39,531 nucleotides of DNA from Octopus bimaculoides (taxonomy: Eukaryota), in NCBI RefSeq assembly GCF_001194135.2, contig NC_068999.1:24597065-24636595 (forward strand). Reading direction: 5' to 3'. The translations under genes were made by a program, and so were the position numbers. Every line of letters starts with the position of its first letter. Within the stretch, counting starts at the first letter, position 1. The notes under the pieces are model-generated. The model saw only the letters and a program-made list of their open reading frames with translations, was not told where the DNA came from and searched no databases. Positions 1 to 10,915 of the stretch are shown piece by piece.

Positions 1-14
1 CACACACACACACA

Positions 15-168
15 CGACGGGCTTCTTTCAGTTTCCGTCCACTAAATCCACTCACAAGGCTTTGATCACCCTGAGGCTATAGTAGAAGACATTTGCCCAA
101 GATTCCACGCGGTGGGACTGAACCCAGAACCATGTAGTTGGGAAGCAAGCTTCTTACCCCACAGCCAC
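15..168 (-). mobile_element. tRNA-derived SINE head plus CORE-like segment (family A, 5' half of composite SINE)
   Basis: Reverse complement reads TGGCTGTGGGGT (A-box-like) ... GGTTCAGTCCC (B-box-like) ... CTTGGGCAAATGTCTT (MIR/CORE-like). It ends in a (TG)n tract and is homologous to copies at 5718, 7757, 10221, 12333, 27410, 27986 and 35497. Confidence 0.85.
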
Positions 169-437
169 TTTTTGACTATGTATTGGGCCCTCAGAAATTC
201 ACCGGGTAATCATTACTATTTCTTACTAATTCTGTTGTTGATTCTATAAATTCGGTCATGCGTGGCTATAATCTCAGAAGGTTTCAAAGTGATAACAACG
301 CTGACAGCCAGAGCAGTCTATCCTGGATTAACCACCAGGATAGTAGCTCCCATTTTGAGGGATATACTTTGGCAATATAAGGGCAGGAAATACTCCCGAA
401 ACACTGGATGCACAAAACAGATAAACTGCTTAGGCGC

Positions 438-613
438 GACAACCGATGTTGGTGTGCTTACTTCCCCGTAACTTATTGATTCGGCAAAAGAGACCGATAG
501 AATAAGTACTAGGCTTACAAAGAATAGGTCCTGGGGTCGATTCGTTCGACTAAAAGCGGTGTTCCAGCATGGCCACAGTCAAATGACTGAAACAGGTAAA
601 AGAATAAAAAAAG
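438..613 (+). mobile_element. SINE 3' module (family B) with AAAAGA-type tail
   Basis: ACAACCGATG...GAATAAGTACTAGGC...GGGGTCGAT...CAGCATGGCCACAGTCAAATGACTGAAACA motif, repeated about 10 times in the window. Confidence 0.85.
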
Positions 614-664
614 AATATATATATATATATTCCTTTTTTTTTATTCTTTTAGTATATAATTAGT

Positions 665-1010
665 GGAGGCGCAATGGCCCAATGGTTAAGGCAGCGGACT
701 CGCGGTCGTGGGATCGCGGTTTCGATTCCCAGACCGGGCGCTGTGAGTGTTTATTGAGCGAAAACACGTAAAGCTCCACGAAGCCCCAGCAGGGGGTGGT
801 GGCGAACCCTGCTGTACTCTTTCACCACAACTTACACTCTTTCTTCCTGTTTCTGTTGTACCTGTATTTCAAAGGGGCCAGCCTTGTCACACTCTGTTAA
901 ATGTACACGGGTCTGAGGAGTGCTCAGCCACTTACACGTTAATTTCACGAGCAGGCTGTTCCGTTGATCGTATCAGCTGGGAACCTCGTCGTCGTAACCG
1001 ACGGAGAGCC
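665..1010 (+). mobile_element. tRNA-derived SINE (tRNA-Arg-like head, family D)
   Basis: A box TGGCCCAATGG and B box GTTTCGATTCC. The 3' half (TCAAAGGGGCCAGCCTTGTCACA...CTCGTCGTCGTAACCGACGG) is shared with 28147-28447. Confidence 0.8.
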
Positions 1011-1090
1011 ACGATATATATATATATATACACACACAAACACATACACATATATATATCGGAAGACATGATTACCTTTTATCACAGGTG

Positions 1091-1127
<37 letters not shown>

Positions 1128-1345
1128 ACATTTGTCTGTCTGTCTATCCATCCATCCATCCATCCATTTTCTCCCCCCTCTCTCTCTATCTATCTATCAA
1201 TCAACCTACCTACCTACCTACTTACCTACGTACCTACCTATCAACCAACCTACCTACCTACCAACCTACCTACCTACCTACCTACATACATACATACATA
1301 CATACATACCCGTCCGTCCGTCTGTCTGTCTGTCTGTCTACCTCT
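1091..1345. repeat. Compound tetranucleotide microsatellite (TCTA/TCTG/TCCA/TACC/TACA/TCCG/TCTG)
   Basis: Direct reading of the sequence. Confidence 0.95.
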
Positions 1346-1946
1346 CTAGTTAGATTGATAAGTAAACAAGAGACCATTTATGTTTCTATGTGCGTATATT
1401 TTATACAGGTATATGTGCATGCATATATTATCTTTTACACATACATGTGCATGTGTGCATGTCTGCTATTTGTGTATTTGTGTAAATAAGCGGCGATAGC
1501 ACTAAGCAGACTCTCAGCGTCACAGTTGGAATGATTAAGAGGCTCAAATAGTCAAAATCTGATTCATTGGTTGCTATTCAATATTCGCTCCCGCCGCTTC
1601 TTCACCTTTCAACCAATCCTTTGCTCCATTGCAAGCTTAGGTTCCACCTTGATTATGCTAGCTCCGCCCAATTTTTCATTGCCTTATCTGAATGGTTAGT
1701 GACTGTAATAACTCCACCTACTTTTCATCAGTACAGCCTTTAATCCATGTCGACGTGCTAAACTTAGCTTCCAAATGTTCCTTTTCCTACACACTATTGT
1801 CTTGAAAAACGTATAGAAGAGTTAAAAAAGGAAAGGGTGGTCATAATTGGGACGCTGTTAATCATATGATGCTCGGTCATGGTTAACCTGTGGTTAAATA
1901 ACAACGATACAAACTTTCAAATACATTACAGTTTTCGCGATACCTT

Positions 1947-2160
1947 TTATCGTTTACTTGTTTCGTTCATTAATTACGGTCATGCTGGGGCTCTGTTTGG
2001 ACAGGTTTAGCCGAACGAATGGGACCCAGAACCTTTTTTTTTTAATATCGTGTAATTTATTTTATTGTCCTCTTTTGCTAAAACCGTTAAGTCATGGGAG
2101 CGTAAACAAAACAGCACCGGTTGTCAAGTAGTGTGTGACATAAGCAAAGGCACACACACA
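1947..2160 (-). mobile_element. Degenerate SINE 3' module (family B)
   Basis: TTTACTTGTTTC...CATGCTGGGG...CACCGGTTGTCAAG matches the reverse complement of family B. Confidence 0.65.
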
Positions 2161-3070
2161 TGTATGTCTGTATGTATGTAAATATACATACATACGTATA
2201 TCATATATATTATCACGGTATCACGATATCGACCAGACTACCGGATGTTATACATCGCTAGTCACAATGTACTTGGCATCGTTTTAGCTTTCGAACAATT
2301 CTACCTCACTGGCTAGGCGAGTAGGCCAACGTCCTCTCATATCGGAAGGATATTCCGTCGTATGGTTACCCATTTACAATTACACATATATAATATGATA
2401 TAATATAATATAATATAATATAATATAATCATTCAACTACCGTAGTAGTTGAATAGCATTCTTAAGGCCGCAATTTACTCACACGCAGCATCTTTCAGAG
2501 CTTGTTGCTAACTCAGTTCTTAACCAAATTGAAAACTGTTAACATTTTTGAAGATGTCTGCTCCTTAGCTACATTTTGGCATAAAAAAAAATTGAGATTT
2601 GATTCAGTAGAAAAAAGTTTACATCAAAATTTGTAGCAACATCATAGGAGAGTAAGTAACGCTACCAAACAAGTTTAACTCTAAATAGCTTTTTTTTTAA
2701 TTTTAAAAGTAAAATATATTTACCTTAACTTTGTGAGGTAAAATATCATGAAAAAAATATATAAGTAAGGCAAAAAAATTGGATTTAAGAATAATTAACG
2801 TTTATTTTAAATAAGATTAAATGATAGAGCTCAATTCGAGAAATTTCATGGTATCAATCTCATGAAATGAAGTTTTAAAAGAAAAAAGTTATGAGTGTTT
2901 GTTTCTCAAATTTAAGGGCGATAATATAGTTCTATACTTTTTTTATGAATATAGTTCTATAAGGGGACTTGTCCTATAATTTTCCAGGTTTATAATCTTA
3001 AGAATATCATTTCTCTTGCTCGCATTTGCATTTTTCCATGTAGTATTATATTATATTATATTATATTATA

Positions 3071-3118
<48 letters not shown>

Positions 3119-3332
3119 AATGCATGTGCGTATATTTTGTGTGTGTGTGTGTATACACATGCATATATACATACATACACACATACATGAGGTATTCCTT
3201 TCTTGTTCTCTCTTTAAGATGAGTCCATCATATCTGACATTTTCGTCTTGTCCAACATACCTATAATTCTCATCTGAATGTAGGTGTTGTATTGTCAAAC
3301 TGTTCATTTTTAGAGGAGGGCACAATCTTTCC

Positions 3333-3369
3333 ATGTATGTATGTATGTATATATGTATTTATGTATGTG

Positions 3370-3401
<32 letters not shown>

Positions 3402-3418
3402 TGTATGTATGTATGTAT
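3333..3418. repeat. (TATG)n microsatellite abutting the 3' end of the R4-like element
   Basis: Direct reading of the sequence. Confidence 0.95.
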
Positions 3419-3429
3419 AATTTCTTTGA

Positions 3430-3880
3430 ATTTAAGTTCTTCTTGAGCGGATTCAAGTCGGTTGCTAACAAGGCAACAAGACCTTTTGGGTTTCTAACCT
3501 AGATCCACGTCTCCTTCATTGGAATTTCGACATCAACAGACCATTTTTGCATGTATGTACAGAATGGTAAGTTTTGTTTTATGTATGTATTCTTATGCGT
3601 ATAATTGCATGTCTAGACATGTGAATATATACATAAATGATAAACTTCTGGAAAGTTTTATGCATTTTTTTACAGTTCCAGTGATAGCTTGTATCTTGTA
3701 GTCTTCGAATCAACTTTTACCATTCTGATTTTGAGAAACCTAATTTCTCAAGATTGGTATTTAGGCAGTGTGTTACATATCCCAGTGTTCCAATAATTAC
3801 AGATATATACCTAAACCTGTAATCTGGTAGAATGACTGTAGATTTATCAATAGTTCAGCGTAGATATTTTCTTTCGTTGA
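3430..3880 (-). mobile_element. 3' end of RLE-type (R2/R4-like) non-LTR retrotransposon, decayed
   Basis: Manual minus-strand translation with frameshifts gives KENIYAELLINLQSFY/PDYRFRYISVIIGTLGYVTHCLNTNLEKLGFSK..*KLIRRLQ/IQAITGTVKKC/KTFQKF. This fits the K..Y..L...(P)VIIG.LG C-terminus of restriction-like endonuclease domains and is followed by a 3' UTR running into (ACAT)n. Confidence 0.7.
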
Positions 3881-4151
3881 TCTTTAGCTCTATGTAACAT
3901 CCTGTCTGTATTTAGCATACTAGATGAAATATGTTGTGATATATGTTGGCGGTCAATTTGATATTAAGTCTTAAAATACCAGGCGTCCCCGAATATTCCA
4001 CCTCATCTTTATTTAAAATCAGTGATCGTTGATAAAATTCTTTATGCCTTTCTAATCATCTTAGATCTATAGGAACAATAAAGATTTTGTTTCGCTGATA
4101 AGGTCTAATAAGACTAGAGTTATCAACGTACTACAAAACATCAATCACAAT

Positions 4152-4203
<52 letters not shown>

Positions 4204-5378
4204 GAGTGTGTGTGCGCGCACGTATACATACATTCATTGATAGGTACCCACAAATACACGCACATTAAAAATATATGCTTAAGATTAAGTACATTTATAA
4301 ACACAACAAAAAATAGAAAAAAACCCCACAAATCATCTCTGGGAATTGAACAATATATCAGCCAAATAACGTTCGATTGCAATAGCTATTGCACCACAGC
4401 GACCCAGCGCTCTCTGTTGCTGAATTGAGCCAAAGGAGTGGTTACCATTGTTTACCTCCGTCTGTATCACACAAATGTCGTAGGAATTTATGATAGCCTT
4501 TTAACCACCAGCAGAGAGGCTGTTCTCGCGGTGTCAACATGGGCTAGTCACACAGCGGGGACTACCATACTGACTGAAATGATCCCAGGTTATAAATGCG
4601 TAATATAATATTAATGTTTAAGATTTAAGTGCATTCACAAGGACAGCATAAACTGTTAAAAAGTGGACAAGATCGCTTATCCATGAGCACTACACACACA
4701 CACGCACACACACATACACACATATAGGAGACAGGGATGCGGGTAGTGATCATAGATTGAAAAGTCAAAAATAAGTCAGCACTCATAAATACTAAATACA
4801 GAAATAAATTATCATAAATTTAAAATAGTACCCTGGGCATAACGAATGCTGCCAATTTGAAAAACAGTGGACTGCCTGTGTATAAGCTAATATGCACAAG
4901 TCAGGCACTGGGACCCCCTACCCTAATATTTTTGATGGATATGCTTTTAAATCTTTCTTGATTTAGTGACAATTTATCCATCTACATCTGTTGTTATAGC
5001 ACACATTTTTATCAGAAAAATACTGAGGAAATATATTTTGTCAAATGAAGTATTACACTTAATGTAAATGGTATTAGAAAGTGTAAGAACCGTTAGGAGA
5101 CAGGAAAAGAGCAACAGTTCCCCGGACATGATCCGAACCCCGTAATGCCTGCTTAGTGCTGCCACCTCACGTCATTTACTGAAGTTCATTTTTTTTCAAC
5201 TTTTTAATATTTCTTTTTGAAATTTCAACTACATTACTTTTATTTCTCCAAATAACAGTACTATATCAGGATAGGTTAAATTACATCCCACATCATGCAT
5301 TAATGTCTAATATAGCAAGGTAACACACATTGACTCAAATATATGTTAGTGACAGAGACAGTATTCATACTGAGAGGT

Positions 5379-5654
5379 AATATTCATCCCCACTTAAGTG
5401 TGGACGTTCTATTAGAACAAACTGTACTGCAGTAGATACCATGAGAGAATCTCTCATAATGGCTTTTGGTGCAAAATGCATTCTTATTTATATCGCTAGC
5501 AGGGAGATAAATCCTCACTAACTCCAGTACCTGCTAGCGATATAAACAAGCGTGCATTTTGCACCAGAAGCCGATATGAGAGATTCTCTCATGGTATCTA
5601 TCGCAGTATAGTTTGTGCTAACTGAACATCCACGTTTAAGTGGGAATAAATATT
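5379..5654. mobile_element. Foldback element / long-TIR MITE (125-bp arms, 26-bp spacer)
   Basis: 5379-5503 is the reverse complement of 5530-5654, with 17 mismatches and no indels by manual alignment (~86%). Each arm contains the palindrome ATGAGAGA-A-TCTCTCAT. No TSD was identified. Confidence 0.8.
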
Positions 5655-5717
5655 GATTCAAATTTTTACAACGAGAAGATAACCCAGTAAAGCAAATTAT
5701 GAATAAACTAACTCTTA

Positions 5718-5896
5718 GGCGCAGGAGTGGCTGTGTGGTAAGTAGCTTGCTTACCAGCCATATGGCTCCGGGTTCAGTCCCACTGCGTGGCACCTTGGGC
5801 AAGTATCTTCTACTATAGCCTCGGGCCAGCCAAAGCCTTGTCAGTGGATTTGGTAGACGAAAATTGAAAGACGCCCGTCGTGTATATGTATATATG

Positions 5897-5933
<37 letters not shown>

Positions 5934-6182
5934 NNNNNNNNNNNNNNNNNNNNNNNNNNNNNNNNNNNNNNNNNNNNNNNNNNNNNNNNNNNNNNNNNNN
6001 NCCCACCATCGCTTGACAACCGATGCTGGTGTGTTTACGTCCCTGTAACGTAGCGGTTCGGCAAAATAGACCGATAGAATAAGTACTAGGCTTACAAAAA
6101 AGAAGTCCTGGGGTCGATTTGCTCGACTAAAGGCGGTGCTCCAGCATGGCCACAGTCAAATGACTGAAACAAGTAAAAGAGT
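5718..6182 (+). mobile_element. Full composite SINE: tRNA head + CORE-like + (TA/TG)n + family B module + tail (contains an N-gap)
   Basis: GGCGCAGGAGTGGCTGTGTGGTAAG head, then microsatellite, gap 5934-6001, and the B module ending GAAACAAGTAAAAGAG. Confidence 0.85.
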
Positions 6183-6261
6183 CTTACGATTTCCCCTCCA
6201 TAAACTGGGATCTTTGTGGTTTTCGTCACCGTTTACAATTATCTTTAAAAAGTTTCCTAAT

Positions 6262-6480
6262 GTATCATATAGATGTAATTGTTGACGCTGAATCCGAATT
6301 TGTTATTCATTTATTCCAGAAAAATATTGCAAAAATGTTACAGGTATTCAAAATTTGATAATTTTCAGAATTTTCAACCAATTAGAAAACAGCGCGTTCG
6401 CTGCCTCTTCCATCATCGGGAGGGGGAGCATCTCAAAACATTGCTAAAAATATACACGAATGAAGTTAACATTAAAACAT
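6262..6480 (-). repeat. Possible Helentron-associated (DINE-1/HINE-like) fragment
   Basis: GTTGACGCTGAATCCGAAT motif, and a CCAATTAGAA segment similar to the reverse complement of 7035-7070 (TTCTGATTGGCTAAAA). The classification is from recollection only. Confidence 0.35.
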
Positions 6481-6626
6481 TCACGAGCAAATTAAATATT
6501 TAAAAGCTACCAACAAACAAACCAACAGGAAAAATAGCAGTCAAAACATTGTTTAAAACAGACATTTATTAGTTTAAAAAGTTCAAGAACGAAAGTTTGC
6601 ATTACACTCTAGGATTTTATAAAATA

Positions 6627-7290
6627 AACTAGCTGACCCCGTGCCGTCAAAAATGACGGCTAATTGTAGTATTTTATATATAAATACGGATGGTAAATCA
6701 AATTAACACACTTGTCAATGTTCACATACGTGCACATACTTCCCTTGTACACGCACACACATACACACATATACTCACACAGAGTTGAAACGCTGTTTGA
6801 TTTTATTTCTTTTCAGCGTTGAATATTCACCATCCTACCAGTTTGCCATTATCCCTTCCTTCCTTATTCACCTATCACCACTTCCTTCCTCATTCATATG
6901 TTGTGACGGAGAAAAACAAAAGAGCAGAAGATTATCTTGCTCGTATCTCCTTCTCTTCCTTGTGCGATTGCGCAGCATCTTTGGTTACTATGGAAACAGA
7001 GTTTTTTTTGCCACGGTGATGTGTAAAATACTCGCTTCTGATTGGCTAAAATACCCAAATTTTGAAAATTTTAAAGGCTAATAACTTTTTAATTATGGAT
7101 TTATAGGAAAAATGAATTTCATTTTCATAGTATACAAAACTTAACCCATATACCAAATTTGAAAACAATTGGAAAAAAATTGTAAACAGTGACTTAAACC
7201 ACAAAGATTCATAAATTGCTGTCAGACATGACAAACAACAATTCTAAATGAGAAACGAAAACAAAAAATTACTTATTTCTTTATATAACA
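6627..7290 (+). mobile_element. Helitron/Helentron-like non-autonomous element (HINE/DINE-1-like)
   Basis: Starts ACTAGCTGACCC, followed by a perfect hairpin GCCGTCA-AAAA-TGACGGC (6643-6660) and an internal (CA)n tract, and ends in TTTATATAA. Confidence 0.45.
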
Positions 7291-7331
7291 TCGTCCATTC
7301 TCATCTCTTTACTGTCTCAAATTGATTATTA

Positions 7332-7551
7332 CAGCAATCCCTCGCCATATCATGGTTCACCCATCACGGTTTATTATTTAAGCTTGCGTCGATTCCTCCG
7401 CAGTTTTGTTTTGTATTTATAATAAAATAAATATATACAAATTATAAAAATTAAAAAATAACATACAGTAGAGTACTGTTTCTACTTCGCGGATTTTCAC
7501 CTATCGCGGGGTTTTTGGAACATAACGCCCGCGATAGTCGAGGGATTACTA
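7332..7551. mobile_element. Tigger/pogo-type MITE with TA TSD
   Basis: TA|CAGCAATCCCTCG ... CGAGGGATTACTA|TA, with internal CACCTATCGCGG subterminal repeats. Confidence 0.8.
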
Positions 7552-7756
7552 TATATGTATAATATATATTTAGTCCTGTTCTAAAACAATTTTGAAGTGA
7601 ACTCACAAGAAAGAACACATGAGTCCGATAACTAAAATTTCGGTTTCACATAGCGTCAAGAATCCTGGTAAAACATGTACAATCTCTCTGTCAACCAACA
7701 AATAGCATTCCTTTTCTTAGCACAATACTAAACATTTTTTACACCGTATTTGCATG

Positions 7757-7886
7757 GTATGAGGTAAGAAGCTTGCTTCCTCACCATATGGTTCCCGCTT
7801 TAGTCCCACCGTGTGACACCTTGGGCTAGTGTCTTCTGCTATAGCTTTAGGCCGACCAAAGCCATATGAGTGGATTTGGTAGACGG

Positions 7887-7890
<4 letters not shown>
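7757..7890 (+). mobile_element. SINE family A head, 5' degraded
   Basis: GGTAAGAAGCTTGCTTCC...CACCTTGGGCTAGTGTCTTC...GGATTTGGTAGACGGAAAC, then (CA)n. Confidence 0.75.
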
Positions 7891-7940
<50 letters not shown>

Positions 7941-8159
7941 ATGTTTGATACCACTTTTACATGGCCGTTCTATGCAGTAAGAGTAAGTGGCATCAAACAT
8001 TACTATTTAGTAGTTATTATGTGAATCTCAGAGATTTTAAAATCAGCTACTTTAGCTTTATATATACACATGTATGTGTGTGTTTGTGTGTGTGTATGTG
8101 TGTTTGTGTGTGTGTATGTGTGTGTGCGTGAGTGTGTATATATAGTATATATATATAAA

Positions 8160-8924
8160 TGGAGTTAAACACAGGTGTTATTCAAATTCTTTTACTTCCA
8201 ACACATGTTTCGAAGATATCACTGGTATTATTACAAAGGAATAAAATGGTGTAAATCAATGTGATCTTCTCTTCAGAGAAATGAAGAAATTAAACTCATC
8301 AATAAGACATTTTAACAGAAAATGATGGATATGTATAGTGATTAACTGAACGCTATTAAGTCTGTTTCAAAAAAACGTTAGAGGATATAACGTCAAAGGT
8401 AGCCTATAGAAAGAGGAGGGGTAAAGGAAAGAAAAAACCAAATAAATGAGAAGTATATAACTATATGTATATTAAATAAAATCCTAAAGTCTTGGAAAAA
8501 GATATATCTAGTAAATGTGAAATGTAAGAAGAAAATTAATGTTTAAATTATATATAATGGTATATATCACTTATATGAACTAAAGGTGTGTTTCTGCCAA
8601 TGTTTACATCGGTATGCACGCTCTATAACCGTGTTTACAAGGGGATTTTTAGAAAAAAGAATAAAAAATAGTTCAGAATTACAGAGAAGACAGAATTCCT
8701 TGCCTTTATCATAAGGTATCGAAATTGAGAGAATCAACCAATCTAAATTAAATTGCTTATTGTGGTCTTTTAGATACCAAATTAATTTACTAAGTCTTGT
8801 ACTGTTACGTTTATTCTTATCCCTAAATGTAGAGTAATGATTAGAAATTATTTTAGATAACTGAGAAGATGAGCTGCCTATATAAAAAAAATACTTCATT
8901 AGCAGAAGTAATTTTACACTGGTA
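8160..8924 (-). mobile_element. Penelope-like element 3' fragment (GIY-YIG endonuclease plus 3' UTR/pLTR)
   Basis: ORF 8567-8980 encodes YIG...NH.STFR...NST.LSK.IW.LK...W.ILS...PY...C.LC.SE...LVN...E...CKH, the C-terminal pattern of PLE GIY-YIG endonucleases. The first ~18 aa are read-through from an inserted SINE tail. Confidence 0.8.
8190..8290 (-). ncRNA. Decayed type I hammerhead ribozyme in the PLE 3' region
   Basis: CUGAAGA (8276-8270), stem II GAAGAUCAC/GUG(AU)AUCUUC, GAAA (8211-8208) and palindromic stem III ACAUGU. Position 17 is G and proximal stem I is broken. Confidence 0.6.
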
Positions 8925-9174
8925 TACTCTTTTACTCTTTTACTTGTTTCAGTCATTTGACTGTGGCCATGCTGGAGCACCGCCTTTAGTCGAGCAAATC
9001 GACCCCAGGACTTATTCTTTGGATGCCTAGTACTTATTCTATCGGTCTCTTTTGCCGAACCGCTAAGTTACGGGGACGTAAACACACCAGCATCGGTTGT
9101 CAAGCGATGTTGGGGGGACAAACACAGATACACAAACATATACACACACATACACAAACATATACACACACATA
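8925..9174 (-). mobile_element. SINE family B module truncating the Penelope fragment
   Basis: TACTCTTTTACTCTTTTACTTGTTTCAGTCATTTGACTGTGGCCATGCTGG..., a near-consensus copy that runs into an N-gap. Confidence 0.9.
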
Positions 9175-10220
9175 NNNNNNNNNNNNNNNNNNNNNNNNNN
9201 NNNNNNNNNNNNNNNNNNNNNNNNNNNNNNNNNNNNNNNNNNNNNNNNNNNNNNNNNNNNNNNNNNNNNNNNNNNNNNNNNNNNNNNNNNNNNNNNNNNN
9301 NNNNNNNNNNNNNNNNNNNNNNNNNNNNNNNNNNNNNNNNNNNNNNNNNNNNNNNNNNNNNNNNNNNNNNNNNNNNNNNNNNNNNNNNNNNNNNNNNNNN
9401 NNNNNNNNNNNNNNNNNNNNNNNNNNNNNNNNNNNNNNNNNNNNNNNNNNNNNNNNNNNNNNNNNNNNNNNNNNNNNNNNNNNNNNNNNNNNNNNNNNNN
9501 NNNNNNNNNNNNNNNNNNNNNNNNNNNNNNNNNNNNNNNNNNNNNNNNNNNNNNNNNNNNNNNNNNNNNNNNNNNNNNNNNNNNNNNNNNNNNNNNNNNN
9601 NNNNNNNNNNNNNNNNNNNNNNNNNNNNNNNNNNNNNNNNNNNNNNNNNNNNNNNNNNNNNNNNNNNNNNNNNNNNNNNNNNNNNNNNNNNNNNNNNNNN
9701 NNNNNNNNNNNNNNNNNNNNNNNNNNNNNNNNNNNNNNNNNNNNNNNNNNNNNNNNNNNNNNNNNNNNNNNNNNNNNNNNNNNNNNNNNNNNNNNNNNNN
9801 NNNNNNNNNNNNNNNNNNNNNNNNNNNNNNNNNNNNNNNNNNNNNNNNNNNNNNNNNNNNNNNNNNNNNNNNNNNNNNNNNNNNNNNNNNNNNNNNNNNN
9901 NNNNNNNNNNNNNNNNNNNNNNNNNNNNNNNNNNNNNNNNNNNNNNNNNNNNNNNNNNNNNNNNNNNNNNNNNNNNNNNNNNNNNNNNNNNNNNNNNNNN
10001 NNNNNNNNNNNNNAATCAGTAGTTCTTTGACTGCTATTTCTAAATTTTCAGTATGTTGGAGAAGCATCTCAATGCTAATCCCTGTATATTTATGATGATA
10101 AATGGTTTTACCGATAAAGGTTTTTTCATACTGAACTACTTGGCAAAATTGTTAATTATTAATTCTATTATTAATTGACGATTCCCTGCCCTTATTCTTG
10201 TATATATATATGTATATATA

Positions 10221-10383
10221 CGACAGGCTTCTTTCAGTTTCCGTCTACCAAATCCACTCACAAGGCTTTGGTCGGCCCGAGGCTATAGTAGAAGACACTA
10301 GCCCAAGGTGCCACGCAGTGGGACTGAACCCAGAACCATGTGGTTGGTAAGCAAGCTACTTACCACACAGCCACTCCTACGCC
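10221..10383 (-). mobile_element. SINE family A head, near consensus
   Basis: CGACAGGCTTCTTTCAGTTTCCG...CCACACAGCCACTCCTACGCC. Confidence 0.9.
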
Positions 10384-10586
10384 TATGAATTTTATATAGA
10401 ATTTTTAATTTTAGAGTTACTTGACATAAACTTGATTCTGTTGTAATTGACTTCAGATACAATAACCGGAGTTTCTACATTTAAAGACAAGGAATTGCAA
10501 CCTTTTTACTTGTGTGATTTTTTGCTACCCTGGTAACTATTTATTTATTTTTTCCGTGTTAATTGTTAACAAAGGAAAAATACACA

Positions 10587-10617
<31 letters not shown>

Positions 10618-10643
10618 NNNNNNNNNNNNNNNNNNNNNNNNNN

Positions 10644-10689
<46 letters not shown>

Positions 10690-10699
10690 TGTTTTTCTC

Positions 10700-10915
10700 T
10701 TGTCTGTGTTTGTCTCTCACTACCGCTTGACAACCGGCGGTGGTGTGTTTACGTCCCTGTAACTTAGCGGTTCGGCAAAAGAGACCGATAGAATAAGTAC
10801 TAGGCTTTAAAAAAATAAGTCCTAGAGTCGATTTGTTCGACTAAAACCGTTGAAGGCTGTGTTCCAGCATGGCCGCAGTCAAACAACTGAAACAAGTAAA
10901 AGATAAAAGATATAA
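10700..10915 (+). mobile_element. SINE family B module
   Basis: TGTCTGTGTTTGTC...CGCTTGACAACCGG...CAGCATGGCCGCAGTC...GAAACAAGTAAAAGA. Confidence 0.85.

Noticed and set aside
665-740. tRNA-Arg-like sequence
   Set aside because: It is a SINE head with a degenerate cloverleaf that continues into a SINE body, not a tRNA gene.
747-1489. Long ORFs (200 aa, 133 aa, 73 aa)
   Set aside because: They are translations of a SINE plus tetranucleotide microsatellites (YLSI/TYLP repeats).
1660-1740. Minus-strand CUGAUGA...GAAA
   Set aside because: No stem I or stem II pairing and no U16.1; chance match.
4378-4393. 16-bp perfect palindrome TGCAATAGCTATTGCA
   Set aside because: Isolated, with no ribozyme core or element context; compatible with chance.
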